DNA of 29,054 bases from a virus (IMGVR_UViG_3300020042_011530:1-29054), one strand, 5' to 3'. Shown: positions 8,464-16,702, counted from the first letter of the stretch. Made by a program: numbers and translations. Notes: a model not told the origin generated them from the letters alone.

Positions 8464-8931
8464 CTAAACTGCCTTCCCATAAACTCTATCAACAATCTCA
8501 AAGCCCATAGGGACTAAGATCTTCTCGCCAAAGTCTTTGTTTGCTTTCGCGTGATAAAAAACTTCTGAAACCTCAAGCTCCTTAAGTCTCTCATTACACC
8601 AATGAATAAAGTATTTTCCAAAGCCACGCTTAGCAGGCTTGATATAAATCAAGTCCTGCGTGGCCATCTTCGACCCTTTGTAATGAAGACTATCGTGCAA
8701 AAAGAATACGTTGTAGCCAATCAGATCTTCATCGCGTGCCGTGAATATGGCCAAGTTTCCACTGTCTTCAATCTCTTTATATCTGTTCCAATCAGGATTA
8801 ATGGGTTTATTTTTGTTCCATTCCACTTCGTCCCAGTGTGAAACCAAGAGCGGAGTGATCTCTTCTTGAACAAGATCCAATGGCTCAACGGAAAAATATA
8901 TTTTTTCCAAGTCGATTTGAGTTGAGTCCAT
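8464..8931 (-). CDS. GNAT-family N-acyltransferase (second, distinct subfamily)
   Basis: LLxxHWxE...PDWxxY...TARD..LIGY...HY...DLIYIKPAKRGFG pattern, typical of phage GNATs. Confidence 0.8.
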   Translation of the reverse strand: MDSTQIDLEKIYFSVEPLDLVQEEITPLLVSHWDEVEWNKNKPINPDWNRYKEIEDSGNLAIFTARDEDLIGYNVFFLHDSLHYKGSKMATQDLIYIKPAKRGFGKYFIHWCNERLKELEVSEVFYHAKANKDFGEKILVPMGFEIVDRVYGKAV

Positions 8932-9000
8932 GTATCTCTACTATCGTTAGTTTTCAACAAAACTACAATGAGGTTGGATTTTTGACGTTGATGAGGTGTG

Positions 9001-10452
9001 TTATGCGAAGGGGTCGTAGTCGGATTTGTGATTGTTCATAGAAGGTATGTCCACGCCGTACTGATTAAACTGCGCTGGCATATCAGGAAGAGCGAAGGAA
9101 ATTATAGCAGAATCTGCTCTGTCTGGGGAGTAACCAAGGCGCTTCTTGATTTGATCCTTGTCTTCTAAAATAACGCGGCCTCCCTTTAGGCTATACATTG
9201 GCGCTGTGATTTGTTTTATCAATTCAGGATCATTTGGAATTGCTCCACCTGCCCTAATCCAATCTCTAAATTTAAAATACATGAAGGCACGGAGGTTATA
9301 GAACCCAGCTTCAGGGGCTTTTGCTGAGAAGTGAACAGGATATGGGGTTTGCCCAGCATCTCTTAGCGCTGCACATACACCACTTCCAAAGCCCGCGGTA
9401 TTGTCCAGAATCTCAACTTCAGATCCAAACTTCTTTTTAGCTTCCATTATTCTAGCAGCAATAATTCTTGGATCATCTGTGCTCATCTCAACACACTTAA
9501 ACATTTGTAATCCTTGTCTCGGTGTTATGATAGTTTTGTCCAGACCACCTAGTGCAACGTCAATGCCCAATCTTTTTTGCGACCACTCAATGTCTTTATT
9601 TGTGTAGATAGTTCTCGCTGCTTTCTCTGCTTCAGCAACACTAATCAAAGTATTAATTGAAGCATCTGGAAACTCACCAAGAATAAAGGCCTGAACCCAC
9701 GGGTCGTTTTTTCCTTTGGCTTTTATTTGTTCTTTGGCCCAATCAATATCAATACGAGTAGACCTATCTGCTCTGTCTGGATCTCCTGATATGTTTATTA
9801 CATTCCACTGGTCTCTTAACTTTGTAGATACGGAGTGAAGCAAGTTTCCGTGGCTCGTCGGATTTCCTGCGATAACAATCTTTCCAAACTTAGGGCCAGT
9901 TGAAAGACCTTGGTTAGCAGAGTTGATAATGCTTTCTGGCATATCGCCTGTCTCATCGAGTAAATATAAAACGTACTTAGAGTGAAGTCCTGAAAGAGTG
10001 CGCCCAATCTCTTCGCTGTTGGCACTTTGTGCATAACTACGAGCACTTAAAAACCACGTTGCGGAATGTTCAACGGAGAAAATTCTTTCACTTGTCCACT
10101 TAAATGCCTTCATTAAGAAAGGGGATCTTGTCTGCCATTTAGAAAGTTCAGACCACAGGTTATCTTTTAAGTTGGATGCTGTAATAGAAACAGCAGCACC
10201 CTTTGGATGCTCACCACGCTCAGCATAACAAGTAAGAAAGTTCCAGCCCAACCAAGCAAGAACGGCACTTTTCCCTGGCCCCGCACATGCAACCATGGCC
10301 TGTCTTTGTTTTGAGGGATCAGCAAAATCATTTAAAACCTTTTCTTGCCAAGCATCTATTTTAGGAACTTTGAAGTTGTCGTAAACAAACTTACATGGGT
10401 TAATGCGCCACTCACGTAAATTAGCTACCGCCCTTTCCCTTGTGTTCATCAT
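9001..10452 (-). CDS. terL: Terminase large subunit
   Basis: Walker A-like GPGKS, Walker B YLLDE, coupling motif AGNP, and RNase H-like LGIDVA and SPDRAD. Start placed at 10452 because of a GGAG SD and an ATGA overlap with the HNH stop. Confidence 0.93.
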   Translation of the reverse strand: MMNTRERAVANLREWRINPCKFVYDNFKVPKIDAWQEKVLNDFADPSKQRQAMVACAGPGKSAVLAWLGWNFLTCYAERGEHPKGAAVSITASNLKDNLWSELSKWQTRSPFLMKAFKWTSERIFSVEHSATWFLSARSYAQSANSEEIGRTLSGLHSKYVLYLLDETGDMPESIINSANQGLSTGPKFGKIVIAGNPTSHGNLLHSVSTKLRDQWNVINISGDPDRADRSTRIDIDWAKEQIKAKGKNDPWVQAFILGEFPDASINTLISVAEAEKAARTIYTNKDIEWSQKRLGIDVALGGLDKTIITPRQGLQMFKCVEMSTDDPRIIAARIMEAKKKFGSEVEILDNTAGFGSGVCAALRDAGQTPYPVHFSAKAPEAGFYNLRAFMYFKFRDWIRAGGAIPNDPELIKQITAPMYSLKGGRVILEDKDQIKKRLGYSPDRADSAIISFALPDMPAQFNQYGVDIPSMNNHKSDYDPFA

Positions 10453-11270
10453 GGTAGGTGTCTCCACGTTTTTCTATTAACAACATAATAAACAGTTGTT
10501 CTAGCGACTCCGCTAGTTTTGGAAATCTCACTACACGACAAGCCAGATGCAAACATGGCTCTCATTTCTCTTACCCTTGATGCATCTAATACGCACGCAG
10601 CGCTTAACCTTCGACTGCTATTAAACGGAAGGTGTCCCCATGTTTGGCCACTTACTATAGAGCTTATTGTTGTATCCGAAAGTCCATATTTATTAGCTAA
10701 TTGAAGTTGTGTAACCCTTGGATCTTCGATTAGTTTCCGAATTTCCATAACGTCTTTCTCTGTTATTTTTGCACCAGCTGCGCGCTCCCCATATGTTGAC
10801 CTACGCTTTTGTTTCATGTCTGCCATATTTATAGCTTGGTTCCCAGCAAACAAATGAGAGGGGTTTGAGCAGCTACGAAAATCGCAACGATGAAGAACCA
10901 TCTCTGGCATATACTTGTTCGCTAAGAAAAAGGCCACCCTGTGCGCACCAATTCTTACACCATTAAATCTAACGTAACAATATCCGCTATGATGTGGCTT
11001 GTTCTTTCTTGGCCAACAGGCATTAGGCCCACCAGAGGTGTCGATACTCTTCCAAAATAATTCTTCTGAAAGCATTTTTGTTTTTGCCACTTCCTTACTT
11101 GTTTTTTCAATAAGGTGTTTGGGGTTGCAACAACCAAACGTTGAGCATGAATGAGAAACAACTTCAGGTAATCGACCGTTGTGCAAAAAAAAAGCATAGT
11201 GATCGGGTATAGACATATTCTCTATTTCTGGAGGCGTGTCATCGCTATTCGCTTTTCGCTTCCGGCTCAT
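10449..11270 (-). CDS. HNH (HNH_3-type, Zn-binding) homing endonuclease with tandem C-terminal HTH domains
   Basis: CW...GY...AHRVAF...VLHRCDxxxCxNPxHL...NxxD core, a degenerate upstream copy of it, and two HTH repeats each ending TWxHLP. Confidence 0.88.
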   Translation of the reverse strand: MSRKRKANSDDTPPEIENMSIPDHYAFFLHNGRLPEVVSHSCSTFGCCNPKHLIEKTSKEVAKTKMLSEELFWKSIDTSGGPNACWPRKNKPHHSGYCYVRFNGVRIGAHRVAFFLANKYMPEMVLHRCDFRSCSNPSHLFAGNQAINMADMKQKRRSTYGERAAGAKITEKDVMEIRKLIEDPRVTQLQLANKYGLSDTTISSIVSGQTWGHLPFNSSRRLSAACVLDASRVREMRAMFASGLSCSEISKTSGVARTTVYYVVNRKTWRHLP

Positions 11271-11517
11271 CTTCGTTTTCTTTTAAAATTCGCAGCGACT
11301 CATCAGGATTGCTAAGCATCTGCTCTGCCAAGCTTTGAGCTTGTTCAGGTGTCAACGTGCTGTCAGTTTCAATGAGCTTCTTCATGATGGCTTGTCTTTT
11401 ATCATGAGCCATCTCCATGAGCGCAATGTTCTCATCTGTCTCGTTAAGCCACTTGTCTAGCTTCTTTGAGTAGATCAGTGTCCTGCTACTCGGCTTCTGA
11501 AATTTCTTCTTCCACAT
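11245..11517 (-). CDS. Hypothetical helical protein
   Basis: Fills the gap between terS and the HNH gene. The start is uncertain; ATG at 11517 overlaps the terS end. Confidence 0.55.
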   Translation of the reverse strand: MWKKKFQKPSSRTLIYSKKLDKWLNETDENIALMEMAHDKRQAIMKKLIETDSTLTPEQAQSLAEQMLSNPDESLRILKENEDEPEAKSE

Positions 11518-11962
11518 CCGCTTGCTTCCTTCTAACAATAACCTTAGCGCCATTTGGAGCTTCTACAATACGTTCGTTTGATTCAATGTGTGCGTCTGCA
11601 ACAAGAGATTCTAAACTCATGTTGATGTTAACTTGCGCTGGCTCTTCAAACTTGTGGCCTAGGATTTTTAAAAGCTTCATGAGGTTATCAAGAGTTGGTT
11701 CGTCACGAGCTACTTTGAGTAATGCACGAGCTGCAAACGTATCACCTAAAGATTGATCAAGGTTCTCTACAAGTTTTTGAACCTCGTGAACTGGAGCATC
11801 CATGATCTCGCATATCTTTTGAATAAGTTTAATGCGAACAGGGCCAGTTACATTTTTGAGTTCGTATTCGGGTGGTCTACCACCACCTGTAACGGTAAGA
11901 TTTCTTCTTGGGTCATGTCCTGGTTGGAAGGGTTTTCCAATTACTTTTGAATCGTCTGACAA
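11486..11962 (-). CDS. Putative terminase small subunit
   Basis: N-terminal KPFQPG...N..GGRP motif (DUF5681-like, common in TerS). Upstream of terL. AGGAG SD before a TTG start. Confidence 0.7.
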   Translation of the reverse strand: MSDDSKVIGKPFQPGHDPRRNLTVTGGGRPPEYELKNVTGPVRIKLIQKICEIMDAPVHEVQKLVENLDQSLGDTFAARALLKVARDEPTLDNLMKLLKILGHKFEEPAQVNINMSLESLVADAHIESNERIVEAPNGAKVIVRRKQADVEEEISEAE

Positions 11963-12087
11963 AATTATGCACTCCTGCTCGCAGGGTTTTGCACGATTTT
12001 ATGGCCCATTGTATTATGTTCTATTGACGATATCGGTAAAGTAAAGGCCAAACTGTAGAATTGTTGGCACATAGAATACCTTTAGCT

Positions 12088-12549
12088 TTACACGTGTTTC
12101 CAAAGTTTTCTAGATAAAATCATAAAAATCGTTCTTTGAGACACGCCGTATTTTTTAGCTATTTCTCTTTGAAACACACCGCTCGCTCCTAACTCTCTAA
12201 TTTTTTTAACTTTGTCTGCTGACAGCTTTGCCATTTGGTTCTGTTCTCCAAGCTTACATGGGTTCTTTCCCTTAGAGTCTCTGTCTTTTACGTTTATTTT
12301 TGCATTTCCCCCAAACAAGTGATTTGGGTTAACGCATCCTGGATTGTCACAAGAATGGCAAACCATTTTTGGGTACCACCCATTGTTTAAATAAAAAGAA
12401 ACCCTATGGGCCTGTGCTTTTTTATCCTTTAACCAAAAGGTTCCGTAGTTTTTTCTTGATTTTGTAGAGTCCCAAAGCCAGCAATCCTCTATGTCTCCGA
12501 TTAAAACTTTTTCCCAAAACCTAGCCCAAGTTCCCTTTCTTTTGGCCAT
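12088..12549 (-). CDS. HNH homing endonuclease with C-terminal HTH
   Basis: RFWEKV...CWLW...YG.F...AHRVS...VCHSCDNPGCVNPNHL...NxxD, followed by an HTH ending WKHV. Confidence 0.92.
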   Translation of the reverse strand: MAKRKGTWARFWEKVLIGDIEDCWLWDSTKSRKNYGTFWLKDKKAQAHRVSFYLNNGWYPKMVCHSCDNPGCVNPNHLFGGNAKINVKDRDSKGKNPCKLGEQNQMAKLSADKVKKIRELGASGVFQREIAKKYGVSQRTIFMILSRKLWKHV

Positions 12550-12667
12550 TTTTATGACTTAATGTATTTTCTAATTATAGGCTAATCTATTTTAGCCTCC
12601 TGAAATCAGCGCTAGTTCGTAGCGACACGCAAAGCCATAAGCCATTCTCATATATGTATCTTAGGTT

Positions 12668-12802
12668 TCAGGGGGCCGCGTTATCTTTTAAGCTAAAATA
12701 CTTGTACGGCAACGCATTTAGATAATACTTAAAGGCTGATGCAATTAGTTTTATAGCATTTTGAAGCTTACGCCTTTTCTTTCTTCTTTGATGCGAGTTC
12801 AT
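12668..12802 (-). CDS. Possible small basic protein (44 aa, MNSHQRRKKRRKL...)
   Basis: Translated by hand; below the ORF-track cut-off. No clear SD. Confidence 0.35.
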   Translation of the reverse strand: MNSHQRRKKRRKLQNAIKLIASAFKYYLNALPYKYFSLKDNAAP

Positions 12803-12987
12803 ATAAAGGTGTCTAGGGCCAGTCGCGACTCTGGCAACACAATCTCTTGCGAATAGAACTTAGATAACACTCATAAAGAGCTACTGCGTTTCTCCAGTGA
12901 CTTACTGTCGGGGCTCGAACCCGTTTTAACGTCACAGCTTCCAACGCCGCCATAGACTCTTTCCTGTTTACCATATCTAATTCAATT

Positions 12988-13374
12988 ATGGGTGAGAAGT
13001 TTGAGGTAGAGGTTGGGATGTTAGCGCCTGGGATAAACCATTGTTACGGCAGAAGTCGTTGGGGAGGGGATTATCTCAAGCCAAAGGGTAAAGCGTTCAA
13101 AGCTCTTGTAAAAGCCACTGTTGGGCTTAGGCGATTCATTACAGACAAGCCCTTGGCTTTGACCATTGAGCTTGTCAGCCCCAATTGGCGCACCAAAAAA
13201 GGTGCAATCCATTTAAGGGCTGGGGATGCTGATGGGTTCTGTAAAATATCCATAGATTCTTTAGCTGAAGCACTTGGGTTCAACGATGCTTGCGTGTTTG
13301 ATTTGAGGGTTTGTAAGGTTGAGGGTGAGAAGGAGCGCACGGTGTTTACGTTGAGAGAGATAGAACAAGCTTAG
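12988..13374 (+). CDS. rusA: RusA-like Holliday junction resolvase
   Basis: PGINHxY N-terminal motif and catalytic pattern DADGFCKxxxDSL...FND, matching the RusA D-x-D-N-x-x-K-x-x-x-D...DD pattern. Confidence 0.78.
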   Translation: MGEKFEVEVGMLAPGINHCYGRSRWGGDYLKPKGKAFKALVKATVGLRRFITDKPLALTIELVSPNWRTKKGAIHLRAGDADGFCKISIDSLAEALGFNDACVFDLRVCKVEGEKERTVFTLREIEQA

Positions 13375-13636
13375 CCATTTGTTTTACGTTTTGTTTAAAG
13401 GTGCTTTCTTCAACAATCCATTTTAAATAGCCGGGGTCGTGTTCTTTTACTTGTCTAAGTGTTTTTCCTAGATGCTTACCAACCTCAAACTTAAAGGCCA
13501 AAGCACGCTCCACTGTTATAGGCTGTGGAGCAAACCTAATAAATTTAGAACAATCGGAGCATGTCTCTTTTAGCATTTCTTTGCCGTTGGTGGCAATGAT
13601 ATGGGTTATTGCTGTGTTTTTATGTAAGCACTCCAT
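13346..13636 (-). CDS. Zn-ribbon plus DUF3820 / exonuclease-X C-terminal-like small domain protein
   Basis: CxH...CxxC, followed by FxxGKHxGKTLxxV...DPGYLKW. Confidence 0.7.
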   Translation of the reverse strand: MECLHKNTAITHIIATNGKEMLKETCSDCSKFIRFAPQPITVERALAFKFEVGKHLGKTLRQVKEHDPGYLKWIVEESTFKQNVKQMAKLVLSLST

Positions 13637-13923
13637 TATCTAGTTGTCCTATCTAAGAACAGTTTTTCTTCTTTTTCTAGTTTTCTAAGTTTAGACTCAG
13701 CGTCAAACTTCTGGCTTTGAGCGAGGTACTTCTTCAAGTCGTAATACGATTCAATAAACCCTATTCTAATCGACCAATCACCATAACCAGGAAGGGAAAT
13801 AAGGTTTTGGTCATCGGGCATATTTGCGACCTCGGCTTTAAAATGGATGTTATCGCACACCACCATCATCTCTAAAGATTGCAAAAAGTGCTCAATTTTT
13901 TCTAATAATCTTTCGTCGTACAT
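13636..13923 (-). CDS. Hypothetical protein
   Basis: 95-aa ORF whose stop overlaps the next start (TAATG). Confidence 0.6.
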   Translation of the reverse strand: MYDERLLEKIEHFLQSLEMMVVCDNIHFKAEVANMPDDQNLISLPGYGDWSIRIGFIESYYDLKKYLAQSQKFDAESKLRKLEKEEKLFLDRTTR

Positions 13924-13931
13924 GACAAAGA

Positions 13932-14198
13932 GGATGTCTTATTTTATACGCCACGTCAAGCGTAATGCCATTTTATGGGCATTTGGCGAAGTTACAAGAC
14001 ATCAAGACATCCTAAGACATCCGATTCCATGGAGATTTCAAAATATTATAATATAAGCCATCTTATGTATATATATGCCTATCCTAGCTAGTAAAACCAC
14101 AATACTTTATACAAAATAGATGTCTTGGATGTCTTAGATTGTATCCCTGTGGTTTTCTTGGGCTTTTTTAAAGACATCCGTAATTCCTAGGATGTCTC
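13932..14198. repeat. Iteron-like AAGACATC(C) repeat cluster; putative replication origin
   Basis: Forward copies start at 13996, 14004, 14014 and 14171. Reverse copies start at 13932, 14119, 14127 and 14190 (last one imperfect). An AT-rich tract lies at about 14040-14118. Confidence 0.75.
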
Positions 14199-16272
14199 GG
14201 AGGCCATTGTCTTTTACCCAAGCCCTGATCTGTTTTCCATTAACATACGGCTTACCTGGCACCCATCCTGCTTTACGAAGACAAGCCCCGATTCGGTTTT
14301 CAACGGCACGATTCACGTCCTGTAAGCTAAAGGAAAGCTCGCTAAACATGGCCACGTCTTTAATGGTTGTGTGTGAGTTTCTAGATAAGTAGTCCTCGAT
14401 AGACCCCTGCCAAGCATCTTCTTGTGATCTTGATTCTTGAGCCTCCAGTGTTTCAACTATTGGCATTTCCCACCAAGACTCACCCTTCTTGTATCTATCA
14501 ACGGCTTCGGCAAAATACATATCTCGAAAGAACTCGATTGAGTTAATGTCGATTTCTCCTGTTTTTATGGGCCAGAAGCGTCTGTTACCTGTAGCGTCTT
14601 TAAGGTAGCCAGACTCATTAGTTGTACCAACGAATATATTTTGCCTAGGCCAGTCTTGAGCTACTTTGCCGTAAGGCGCTCTAAAGCGGTCTGTTGAGCA
14701 GCTAAGAACCCTTTTAATGGTTGTGGCTTCAGATTTATTAAAGGCTTCTAGTTCGCTTATTTCAATAAGGAGCTTACCTCCCATAAGGGCCACATAGAAG
14801 TCTTTGTCGTTGGGGTCGTTGTGGACTTCGGCAAACCATTTTTCGCCCACGAGGGACTTTAGGGCTGTGGATTTTTTCTTTCCTTGCACGCCTTCAAGGA
14901 CAACCATGGTATCTAGTTTGCATCCAGGGTTCAGGGCACGAGCGACTAGGCCTATGAGCATGTTTTTAGATGCGTAGCGCGTGTACTGGGAGTTATCTGC
15001 TCCGAAGCAGTCTGTGAAAAAAGAGTTAACTCTGGGAACCCCATCCCACGAGAGGGAGTTTAGATATTCTTTAATTTCATTTTTTTTGTTTCTATATCCG
15101 TAAGTAAGGACAGCGCTTTGGAGAGTTTTTTCTGAAAGCGTATGGATAGACAGTCTTTCTTGTATAAGAATAAGGAGTTCTGTTAGATCCCTTTCGTCCC
15201 ATGGGCGAGGGGCTTCATCGCCAAAAATCCCACGCGTAAAGTAATTTCTATGAAACTCATCGTACCAAATAACGTTTCTTGAGATGTCTCTCCAGTTGGA
15301 TATTACTTTTAATGAGTTGGCTTCATTTTTAATGGGCTTACCTTGAGAAGAAAGGGTTACGCCTAATTCTAAGAGTTTGGCTAGTGCTGCTGAATTAGGT
15401 GCGGGGGCTTCCCCGTCTTCGATATTAACGGTTACGTTGTGGGCGTGTTCGGTGGTTTCAATGACCTCAACGGGGGGTACTTTTTTTTTCTTGTTTCTTT
15501 TGTGGGTTTTTTTGATACTTTCAAACATTTTTTCTGGGGTATTTTTATGTGTTTTAAAATAGCTTTCGCTAAATTTAGAGTCGGCATCTTTAAGTGCCTC
15601 TGCTGCACAACCTTCTTCGATGTTATGGTAGGCAAGCTTTCCAGCGAGGCTTACAAGAGAGGTGTGGCGTCCTCCATTAAAATCGAGAGTGTTTTTGTCT
15701 TTATATTTTTCAGCTAATATTTCCATTTGAAGCCAGTTTTTCCATGGAAACTCAGGAAGTTTGTCTATATCAATTTCTAGGAGATGATCTCCAATATAGA
15801 AGTAGTGCTTTTTTGTGATGGGATGTATGCCGTCGGCAACAAAGTATCTTCCTGGGCCAAGTAGTTCTATTCCGTCGATTTCTTTTTTGTTTCTTTCTCT
15901 AGGTAAAAGTGTAATTTTTTTTGATTGATGTTCTTCTGAGTATTTATAAAACCGCATCCACTTTGGCGATTCTCCAACACGAATAACGGGGCTTTCTGGA
16001 ATAAGCGCTAGAAGTTCGGGGTAGTTTTTAAAACAGTCCCAGTCGATTGCTATTATTTTAGAGGGTGGGCCAGTTAAAACACCAACGCCTGTGTAGCTAT
16101 TTTCATCGACCCACCTTTTCACTTCTTGATCTGTGGGGCTACGCTCTGCAAAGGGGAGCCATGTGGGTTTATTGTCTTTACCTCTGGGTAGGGCTGGCCA
16201 ATGAGGGTGTTTGCCGTTAAGTGGAAAGACTCGAAAGCCTGCGTTTAACCATTTGTCGAAATCTATGTGCAT
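14134..16272 (-). CDS. Bifunctional primase-polymerase (Prim-Pol) fused to a VapE / virulence-associated-E helicase
   Basis: N-terminal GFRVFPL..K.P and GVLTG...IAIDWD. C-terminal PGCKLDTMVVLEGVQGKKKST, IEISEL, DRFRAPYG and FVGTTN...YLKDATGNRRFWP. Confidence 0.9.
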   Translation of the reverse strand: MHIDFDKWLNAGFRVFPLNGKHPHWPALPRGKDNKPTWLPFAERSPTDQEVKRWVDENSYTGVGVLTGPPSKIIAIDWDCFKNYPELLALIPESPVIRVGESPKWMRFYKYSEEHQSKKITLLPRERNKKEIDGIELLGPGRYFVADGIHPITKKHYFYIGDHLLEIDIDKLPEFPWKNWLQMEILAEKYKDKNTLDFNGGRHTSLVSLAGKLAYHNIEEGCAAEALKDADSKFSESYFKTHKNTPEKMFESIKKTHKRNKKKKVPPVEVIETTEHAHNVTVNIEDGEAPAPNSAALAKLLELGVTLSSQGKPIKNEANSLKVISNWRDISRNVIWYDEFHRNYFTRGIFGDEAPRPWDERDLTELLILIQERLSIHTLSEKTLQSAVLTYGYRNKKNEIKEYLNSLSWDGVPRVNSFFTDCFGADNSQYTRYASKNMLIGLVARALNPGCKLDTMVVLEGVQGKKKSTALKSLVGEKWFAEVHNDPNDKDFYVALMGGKLLIEISELEAFNKSEATTIKRVLSCSTDRFRAPYGKVAQDWPRQNIFVGTTNESGYLKDATGNRRFWPIKTGEIDINSIEFFRDMYFAEAVDRYKKGESWWEMPIVETLEAQESRSQEDAWQGSIEDYLSRNSHTTIKDVAMFSELSFSLQDVNRAVENRIGACLRKAGWVPGKPYVNGKQIRAWVKDNGLRDILGITDVFKKAQENHRDTI

Positions 16273-16276
16273 ATCA

Positions 16277-16338
16277 GTATTCCTTAATACCAGGCACAGG
16301 GGCTAAGGAATACGAAAGCCTAACCCCCCCGCATGGTA
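16277..16338 (-). promoter_or_regulatory. Structured 5' leader of the primase gene with an SD-sequestering hairpin
   Basis: Perfect 10-bp inverted repeat GTATTCCTTA (16277-86) / TAAGGAATAC (16304-13) covers the AAGGA SD. An overlapping alternative stem spans 16288-16338. Confidence 0.6.
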
Positions 16339-16444
16339 CGGCTCAGGCTAGTCTCATATTTTTGCTTTTGGAAGGCTAGTCAGAAAAGTCTCGTGACACG
16401 TACTGACAACTTCAAGCCCTAAGCTTTTCGTAGCGTCAAAGGTG

Positions 16445-16472
16445 TTGACAATGTCAGCGCATTAGCTAGGGT
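16445..16472 (+). promoter_or_regulatory. Sigma70-type early promoter with an overlapping palindromic operator
   Basis: TTGACA-N16-TAGGGT, with the palindrome TGACA-A-TGTCA at 16446-16456. Confidence 0.55.
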
Positions 16473-16482
16473 GCTTAGGCAT

Positions 16483-16701
16483 ATGATTAAGAAACAAAAG
16501 GAATACGTTGGGATAAGAGACGTAAAAGATTACTTAAAATCAGGTGGTAAGAAAAAAGACATAGCTGCATTTATGGGTTACTCCACCGAGACAACTATTG
16601 ATAAGTGGATAGCCAGAAGAAGCATACCTAGATGGCAGCAAAAAAGAGTTAAGGAATTTTTATTAGCTCAAGAGATGAGCGCCTTGAAGGGCGAGGCATA
16701 G
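16483..16701 (+). CDS. Cro-like HTH DNA-binding protein
   Basis: KKDIAAFMGYSTETTIDKWIARRSIP HTH pattern. First gene of the divergent early operon. ATG at 16483 is preferred over GTG at 16471. Confidence 0.75.
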   Translation: MIKKQKEYVGIRDVKDYLKSGGKKKDIAAFMGYSTETTIDKWIARRSIPRWQQKRVKEFLLAQEMSALKGEA

Positions 16702-16702
16702 A

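Noticed and set aside
12610-12660. ACGCAAAGCC resembling part of a c-di-GMP-I riboswitch
   Set aside because: The upstream GGCAAA/GNRA P2 element and the P3 receptor features are absent.
12895-12960. tRNA-like GGGTTCGAGCCCC T-arm on the minus strand
   Set aside because: I could not build an acceptor stem, D-arm or anticodon arm, and there is no CCA. At most this is a remnant.
13932-14198. Short repeats as a mini-CRISPR array
   Set aside because: The repeats are 8-9 bp, in both orientations and irregularly spaced, and no cas genes are present.
14870-14895. Walker A variant GVQGKKKST as a sign of an inactive helicase
   Set aside because: The catalytic K-S/T and the downstream VapE motifs are intact, so this is probably a tolerated variant.
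15474-15489. A9 run plus C6 in the linker between the Prim-Pol and helicase domains as a programmed slippage site giving a primase-only product
   Set aside because: Similar A/T homopolymers are common throughout this genome, and I saw no stimulatory structure.
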